A stretch of 64,000 nucleotides of DNA from an uncultured Acidobacteriota bacterium (GTDB taxonomy: Bacteria > Acidobacteriota > Vicinamibacteria > Vicinamibacterales > JAKQTR01): NCBI GenBank assembly GCA_963843385.1, contig CAWJJY010000007.1:858224-922223 (forward strand). The letters are read 5' to 3'. The notes beneath the pieces are model-generated. The model was not told the DNA's origin and made no database searches. It saw nothing but the letters and a program-made list of their open reading frames with translations. Position 1 is the stretch's first letter; each line of letters opens with the position of its first letter. The translations under genes were made by a program, and so were the position numbers. Shown one piece after another: positions 58,880-64,000 of the stretch.

Positions 58880-59892
58880 TGTTTTCAGTCATGGTCGTCG
58901 ACGACGAGCCCGCGGTCAGGGCGCTGACTACACGCTGGCTCGAGATCATCGGCTACGCCCCCAGGGCCGCGAGCGGTGCGGAACAGGCCCTGGAATCGAT
59001 GGCGTCCGAACCAGCCGGCGTCGTCGTGTGCGACGTGCGGATGCCGCGCCATGACGGCCTCTGGCTGGCCGAGCAGCTCCGCCTGCATTATCCCGATACG
59101 GCGGTCATCATGGCGACTGGCGGCCAGGACCTGGACGCGGCCGTCGCAAGCTTGAGGCTCGGGGTCCTCGACTACCTCGTCAAGCCCTACAGCCGCGAGC
59201 GCCTGCGCGAGTCGGTCGAGCGCGGCGTCGACTGGCATCATGCGGCCATCGAGGCGCGGCAGAAGCGCGAGGTGCTGCATCACCGGGCGAAGATCCGCCA
59301 CGATCATCTGGCAACCGCACTGGCCGGGCTGCGCGTCGAAACGGCGGAGGCCATCGATGCGCTGTTGATCATGCTGACGTTGCGTGATCGCGCCGCCTAC
59401 GATCACGCCCACCGCGTTGCGAAGCTGGCCCAACGTCTGGCACTCGCGCTCGACGCGGATCCGGAAGTGATACAGGATCTCGAACCGGCCGCGCTGTTCC
59501 ACGAACTCGGGCGGCTCACGCTGCCCGACGAATTGGGCGAGAAGAGGGGCGGGCTCTCTGCAGACGAGCGGGAACTGGTCAAGGAGCACCCAAGGTTCGC
59601 ATTCGAGGTCCTTCGGAACGTGCCCGCGCTGCGCAATGCCGCCGACCTCGTCCTGGCGTTGCACGAGCGGTACGACGGGACCGGGTACCCGTTCGGCTTG
59701 AGTGGTGACACGATCCCGGTAGGGAGCCGCATCCTGGCGGTGGCCGATGCATTCGACATGCTGTCCCAGGTCGAAAGCGTCCCGGGATCGGTCGCTCGCA
59801 ACGACGCGCTTCTGGAGTTGTCGCGCCGCCGAGGGCTTCAGTTCGATCCTCTCGTGCTCGACGCGCTCGTGACGCTGACCTCCGTGCAGTGA
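58879..59892 (+). CDS. response regulator REC + degenerate HD-GYP domain
   Basis: VDDE, DVRMP, KP; HELG instead of HD.G, LHERYDGTGYP, AVADAFD. Confidence 0.9.
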   Translation: MFSVMVVDDEPAVRALTTRWLEIIGYAPRAASGAEQALESMASEPAGVVVCDVRMPRHDGLWLAEQLRLHYPDTAVIMATGGQDLDAAVASLRLGVLDYLVKPYSRERLRESVERGVDWHHAAIEARQKREVLHHRAKIRHDHLATALAGLRVETAEAIDALLIMLTLRDRAAYDHAHRVAKLAQRLALALDADPEVIQDLEPAALFHELGRLTLPDELGEKRGGLSADERELVKEHPRFAFEVLRNVPALRNAADLVLALHERYDGTGYPFGLSGDTIPVGSRILAVADAFDMLSQVESVPGSVARNDALLELSRRRGLQFDPLVLDALVTLTSVQ

Positions 59893-60291
59893 CGCAGCAG
59901 CCCCGTCCGGCCTTCCACGACAGGGCCGATCCGAAGCAACGCGGAACGGCCCGTCGGTCCTCTTCCCGAATCCGACCTGTCCTCGAGCGGGATGCAGCCC
60001 GGTCGACGCGTCCGGCGATGGTGAGCAGCCATCGGAGACCAACTGCGCCAGCGCTGTGCACCTGACCTCTGAGCGGGGCGGCTCTTCCTGAGCGTGCCCC
60101 TGGACGGAACGCTCCTGAGCGGTTTTCGACCTGGGTTGATTCTTCCCGGGACACTGCCGCGTGTGCGCCAGCCGCCGGAGTGTGCGATTCCGGGCGATTC
60201 AAGTGAGCCCCGGCGCTCAGTTCGAGGGACTGGAATTCGTGAAGGACCTCGTTTTGCCCGCAATGTGGCGCCCTCCAACGGCACGTCGTCT

Positions 60292-60307
60292 TGGCAAGTC
60301 GTTTGCT
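60292..60307 (+). promoter_or_regulatory. sigma54 -24/-12 promoter
   Basis: TGGCAAG-TCGT-TTGCT upstream of pilin-like gene 2. Confidence 0.72.
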
Positions 60308-60345
60308 CATATGGAAACGGACGGAAGCGAATCGGAGGCAAAGCG

Positions 60346-60954
60346 ATGTTGAGGCGGCTGCTGGGCGCTCGGGGGTTATCGGCGGTGGAGGCCACGGCGG
60401 TGCTGGCGGCCATGTCCATTATCGGCGCGGCCGCTGCGCCGGCCATCCAGGACTACGTGACCGACGCGCGCCTGGCGAAAGCGCGGCAGGATACCCACAC
60501 CATCGCAAGCGCACTCGTACGACTTTTCGGTGACGTCGCCTCACAGGGCAGCAGAGCCGGCGGCTGGGCGACCTACGACCTGCTGGTGGGTGTCGGGGAC
60601 ATCCCCGAGCTCGGCCCTGGAGGAGACCTCGCCTGGACCTCTGAACCTGGCACATCCCGGGTCGGAGCGCTGGTGGAACAACTTGTCGTCAACGGTCCTG
60701 CGTATCCCACCCATCCCGTGACGATGGTGAACTGGATAAAGGGATGGCACGGACCGTACCTCGAGTCCGGGGTTGGACCGGATCCGTGGGGACACCGCTA
60801 CGCAGCCAATGTGCACTGGCTGGCAGCGGGTGCGGAATTCGACACGATCGTGCTCACGGCGGGCGCCAACGGGAGTGTCGAGACGTCGTATCGAGCGGAT
60901 GGCACGGTCGCCGGCGGCGATGACATCATCGCGCTGGTTTCGTCGGGGGGGTAG
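60346..60954 (+). CDS. type IV pilin / GspG-like protein 2 (paralogue of protein 1)
   Basis: G|LSAVE signal; GWHGPYLESGVGPDPWGHRYAANV; GGAGG RBS. Confidence 0.85.
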   Translation: MLRRLLGARGLSAVEATAVLAAMSIIGAAAAPAIQDYVTDARLAKARQDTHTIASALVRLFGDVASQGSRAGGWATYDLLVGVGDIPELGPGGDLAWTSEPGTSRVGALVEQLVVNGPAYPTHPVTMVNWIKGWHGPYLESGVGPDPWGHRYAANVHWLAAGAEFDTIVLTAGANGSVETSYRADGTVAGGDDIIALVSSGG

Positions 60955-61133
60955 TCCAGGTCCCCGATTTTCGCGGTCTGCGCCGGATGTGCGCGACCGT
61001 CAGGCGCCCGGGCCCGATATTCGGGACCGGGCGCCTTCGCGTTGTACGCCGGGAATCCCGGCCGGGTCGGGCCGGCTGCTATACTCGTCAGTCGTGGCCC
61101 GCACCCCTCAGGCGATGGCCGACCCGGCCCGGC

Positions 61134-62582
61134 ATGATTGAAGCAATCATCGGACTCGAAATCCACGCGCAGCTCCGCACGCGATCCAAGCTGTTCTGCG
61201 GATGCCCGGTGCGGTTTGGCGCGCCCCCCAATACCCTTACCTGCCCCGTCTGTCTCGGTCTCCCCGGGGCCCTGCCGGTGCTCAACACGCGAGCCGTCGA
61301 CCTCGCCGTGACTGCCGCCCTCGCGCTCGGGTGTTCTGTCAACGAGTCGTCTGCATTCGCCCGCAAGAACTACTTCTACCCCGACCTCCCGAAGGGCTAT
61401 CAGATCACACAGTACGACCAGCCGCTCGCGCGCGGCGGCCGCCTCGGCGTGCCGGCGGCGGGGGGCGTCCGCGAAGTCGAGATCGTACGGCTCCACCTCG
61501 AGGAGGATGCCGGCAAATCGATCCACGACGATGAGACGGGCGGCGAGCCCGCAACGCTGGTCGATTTCAACAGGAGTGGAGTGGCCCTGGTCGAGATCGT
61601 AACGGGGCCCGATCTGCGGTCCGGCGCCGAAGCGGCGGCGTTCCTCAGGCAGCTTCGCGCGATCCTGATGGCGGTCGAGGTGAACGACGGCAGCATGGAG
61701 GACGGCAGCCTGCGCTGCGACGCCAACGTGTCGGTGCGGCCCGAGGGCCAGTCGGCGCTTGGGACGAAGGTCGAGATCAAGAACCTGAACTCGTTCCGGT
61801 TTCTTCAGAAGGCGATCGAGCACGAAATCGGGCGCCAGGCCGGCCTGGTCGGGACCGGCGCGGCCGTCCAGGCGGAGACGCGTGGGTGGGATGCGGCAGC
61901 CGCGCGGACAGTCGCGATGCGAGGCAAGGAAGGCGAGCACGACTACCGGTACTTCCCGGAACCGGACCTCCCGTCACTGGTGGTCGTCGCGTCGCGCGTG
62001 GACGCGCTGCGCGCCACCATTCCCGAGCTCCCGGCCGGGCGCCGGGCGCGCCTGGCCGACCAGTTCGGCCTCAGCGCGGAGTCGGCCGCAATCCTGGCGG
62101 AGTCCAAAGGCCTGACCGACTACTTCGAGGCCGCGGCGCGGGAATCCGGTGACTCCAGGGCCGCATCCGAGTGGGTCCGCGGTGAGGTGCTGCGACGGCT
62201 CGGCGAATCCGGACTCGAGATTGGTGACGTGAAGGTTCATCCGCGCTCCCTCGGACACTTGATGCGCGTGGCCGCGGAGGGGACCATCAGCGGGCAGGCC
62301 GCAAAGAAGGTGTTCGCGACGATGTTCGCGACCGGCGAAGAGCCCGACGCAATCATCGCGCGTGAGGGGCTTGGCCAGCTGTCCGATGCCGGTTCGTTGG
62401 AGGCCCTCGTGACGGGCGTCCTCGACGAACAGACGCGAGCCGTCGCGCAGTATCGTGCCGGCAAGACCGCGACGCTCGGGTTCCTGGTGGGTGCGGTGAT
62501 GAAGGCAAGTGGAGGACGGGCCAATCCCAAAGCCGTCGAGCAGGTGCTTCGGGCGAGGCTGGACACTCCGTCCGGGCCATGA
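61134..62582 (+). CDS. gatB: Asp/Glu-tRNA amidotransferase subunit B
   Basis: IGLEIHAQL, RKNYFYPDLPKGYQI, HLEEDAGK, LRCDANVS, YRYFPEPDL. Confidence 0.97.
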   Translation: MIEAIIGLEIHAQLRTRSKLFCGCPVRFGAPPNTLTCPVCLGLPGALPVLNTRAVDLAVTAALALGCSVNESSAFARKNYFYPDLPKGYQITQYDQPLARGGRLGVPAAGGVREVEIVRLHLEEDAGKSIHDDETGGEPATLVDFNRSGVALVEIVTGPDLRSGAEAAAFLRQLRAILMAVEVNDGSMEDGSLRCDANVSVRPEGQSALGTKVEIKNLNSFRFLQKAIEHEIGRQAGLVGTGAAVQAETRGWDAAAARTVAMRGKEGEHDYRYFPEPDLPSLVVVASRVDALRATIPELPAGRRARLADQFGLSAESAAILAESKGLTDYFEAAARESGDSRAASEWVRGEVLRRLGESGLEIGDVKVHPRSLGHLMRVAAEGTISGQAAKKVFATMFATGEEPDAIIAREGLGQLSDAGSLEALVTGVLDEQTRAVAQYRAGKTATLGFLVGAVMKASGGRANPKAVEQVLRARLDTPSGP

Positions 62583-64000
62583 GCGACACAGGTTCATCTC
62601 CGCCACGGCTGCCGATCGGGACCGAAACCGCCGCGCCCCGAAGAGGGATCGAGGCCGGTTGGCGGCTGGCGGTTGCGCTCTATCTCCTGTTCGCGTTGCT
62701 CTACACGTGGCCGCTCGTCCTGCATCCGCTCTCGACGATTCCTGCGCCGAACGGACTGGACGACTCAACCCTGAGCCTGTGGACGCTGGCGTGGGATCTC
62801 GACACCCTCAGTCGGTCCCCGTTGGCCCTGCTGACGGGCCGCGTGTTCGACGCCAACATCTTCTATCCGGCGCCGCACGCGTTGGCGTACACCGATCACC
62901 TGTTGCTGCAGGCCGTGCTGGCCTGGCCGCTCTATGCGGTGACGGGAAACGCGACGGCGTGCTTCAATGCGGTCCTCATCTTCTCGCTCGTGGCGGGGGC
63001 GCTCGCAATGTTCGCCTTCGCACGCGCGATTACCGGGTCCGCTTCGGGCGCGCTCGTCGCGGGGCTCTGCTGGGGATTCTGGCCGTATCACACCGCTCAC
63101 TTGGGCGATCTGCCCCTGCAATCGCTCTACCTGCTGCCGCTCGCGTTTCTGTGTCTCCACCGCGTCGTCGCCGGCCGGCGGCTTCGCGACGGGCTGCTGC
63201 TGGGCGTGACATCGGGCGCTCAGGTGGTCTCCTCGATGTCGTGCGCGGTGGTCAGCGGTGTGGCGTTGACGGTCGGGGCCATTGGGCTCCTCGTGGCGGT
63301 CGGACGGTGGCGGAGCGTGTCCGTGCTGACGCGCCTCATGCTGGCGGTGGTGCTCTGCGTGCTCGTGGTCGCGCCAGTGATGCGACCCTATCTGCAGGTG
63401 CACAGGCGGGGCACAGCGGAGGTCGTCTCCGACGCGTTGACGCCGCAGCCCGCCCGACTCGCGAGTTTCCTGACGGTCACGCCCTCGAGTGCGGTCTACG
63501 GCGCATCAGGATGGCTTCGATCGAGCCCGCCGGAGGCGGCGCGGCCCGACCAGGTGCTGTTCGTCGGGTTCGTGGTTACTGCGCTGGCAGCCGTGGGCGT
63601 GTGGCGGTCCGGGAGGCATCGGTTTCGGGCGGTGGTCTGGCCGCTCGGAGCCATCGCAATCGTCGGGTTCGTGCTGTCGCTCGGACCGGGAATCGAATCT
63701 CGCATCGCAACGCTGTTCGGCGACAGCCTCTTCGGATCTCAGCTCGCTCGATCCCCAGCCAGGTTCGGCACGCTGGTGGCATTCGGCCTTGCGGGCCTTG
63801 CATCGCTTGGCCTTGGTCGACTGACGGCGCGGCGAGGCCTCTGGGTCATGGTCGTTGTCGCTGCGGGGCTCGAATATGCGAATCTGCCGATCGCGGTCGT
63901 CGACGCGCCGTTATCCAGTACAGAGACTGGTAGGTGGTTGGCCTCGGCTCCGGCCCCGGGACCGGTGGTGTACCTTCCGCTGGCGTTCGACGCGAAGAAC
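62579..64000 (+). CDS. polytopic membrane protein (GT-C/YfhO-like), 3' truncated by window edge
   Basis: open frame from ATG overlapping the gatB stop to the window end; W.LAW, FDANIFYP...LAY.DH, many TM segments; absent from the supplied ORF track. Confidence 0.75.
   Translation, partial: MSDTGSSPPRLPIGTETAAPRRGIEAGWRLAVALYLLFALLYTWPLVLHPLSTIPAPNGLDDSTLSLWTLAWDLDTLSRSPLALLTGRVFDANIFYPAPHALAYTDHLLLQAVLAWPLYAVTGNATACFNAVLIFSLVAGALAMFAFARAITGSASGALVAGLCWGFWPYHTAHLGDLPLQSLYLLPLAFLCLHRVVAGRRLRDGLLLGVTSGAQVVSSMSCAVVSGVALTVGAIGLLVAVGRWRSVSVLTRLMLAVVLCVLVVAPVMRPYLQVHRRGTAEVVSDALTPQPARLASFLTVTPSSAVYGASGWLRSSPPEAARPDQVLFVGFVVTALAAVGVWRSGRHRFRAVVWPLGAIAIVGFVLSLGPGIESRIATLFGDSLFGSQLARSPARFGTLVAFGLAGLASLGLGRLTARRGLWVMVVVAAGLEYANLPIAVVDAPLSSTETGRWLASAPAPGPVVYLPLAFDAKN

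Noticed and set aside
59893..60290. ORFs or structured RNA between HD-GYP gene and pilin 2
   Set aside because: No coding motifs; best explained as the upstream enhancer region of the sigma54 promoter.
62509..63933. 474-aa ORF in the supplied track
   Set aside because: Wrong frame; the real gene is the hydrophobic frame starting at 62579 and running off the window.

Overview
GC-rich bacterial chromosome segment, probably Acidobacteriota/Vicinamibacteria. This is inferred from gene content and a lineage-typical small winged-helix protein, not from a database search. From left to right it contains: (1) the end of a SpoIIE-type phosphatase, an M28 peptidase and yacG; (2) a polyphosphate/phosphate cluster of ppx, CHAD, sixA, glgC, phoU fused to a degenerate LMW-PTP/ArsC-like domain, and pstSCAB1B2 with complementary-degenerate ATPases; (3) a small accessory EEP/GT9/LysE-pseudogene block; (4) an imuA-imuB-dnaE2 SOS mutagenesis cassette whose coding sequences carry six in-frame, inverted-pair 7-bp tandem-repeat inserts, a nested REP-like palindrome and a Zn-ribbon insert, followed by an orphan DNA methyltransferase; (5) prsW, a haem-c/triple-RidA fusion, msrPQ, dedA and an FAD/Fe-S oxidoreductase; (6) a recombination hot spot downstream of tRNA-fMet with dam, a dam pseudo-copy, an IS4 fragment and a ~3.6 kb direct-repeat-bounded islet encoding HigBA, an ApeA-like HEPN protein and an HNH-like protein (candidate defence module); (7) housekeeping genes ftsB, cutA, rnc (with an N-terminal DUF2007-like domain), hutU, purA, an ECF sigma/anti-sigma pair, SpoIID and gatB; (8) two paralogous pilin/GspG-like genes, each behind a sigma54 promoter motif, flanking a degenerate REC-HD-GYP gene. 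All family assignments come from motif recognition by eye.
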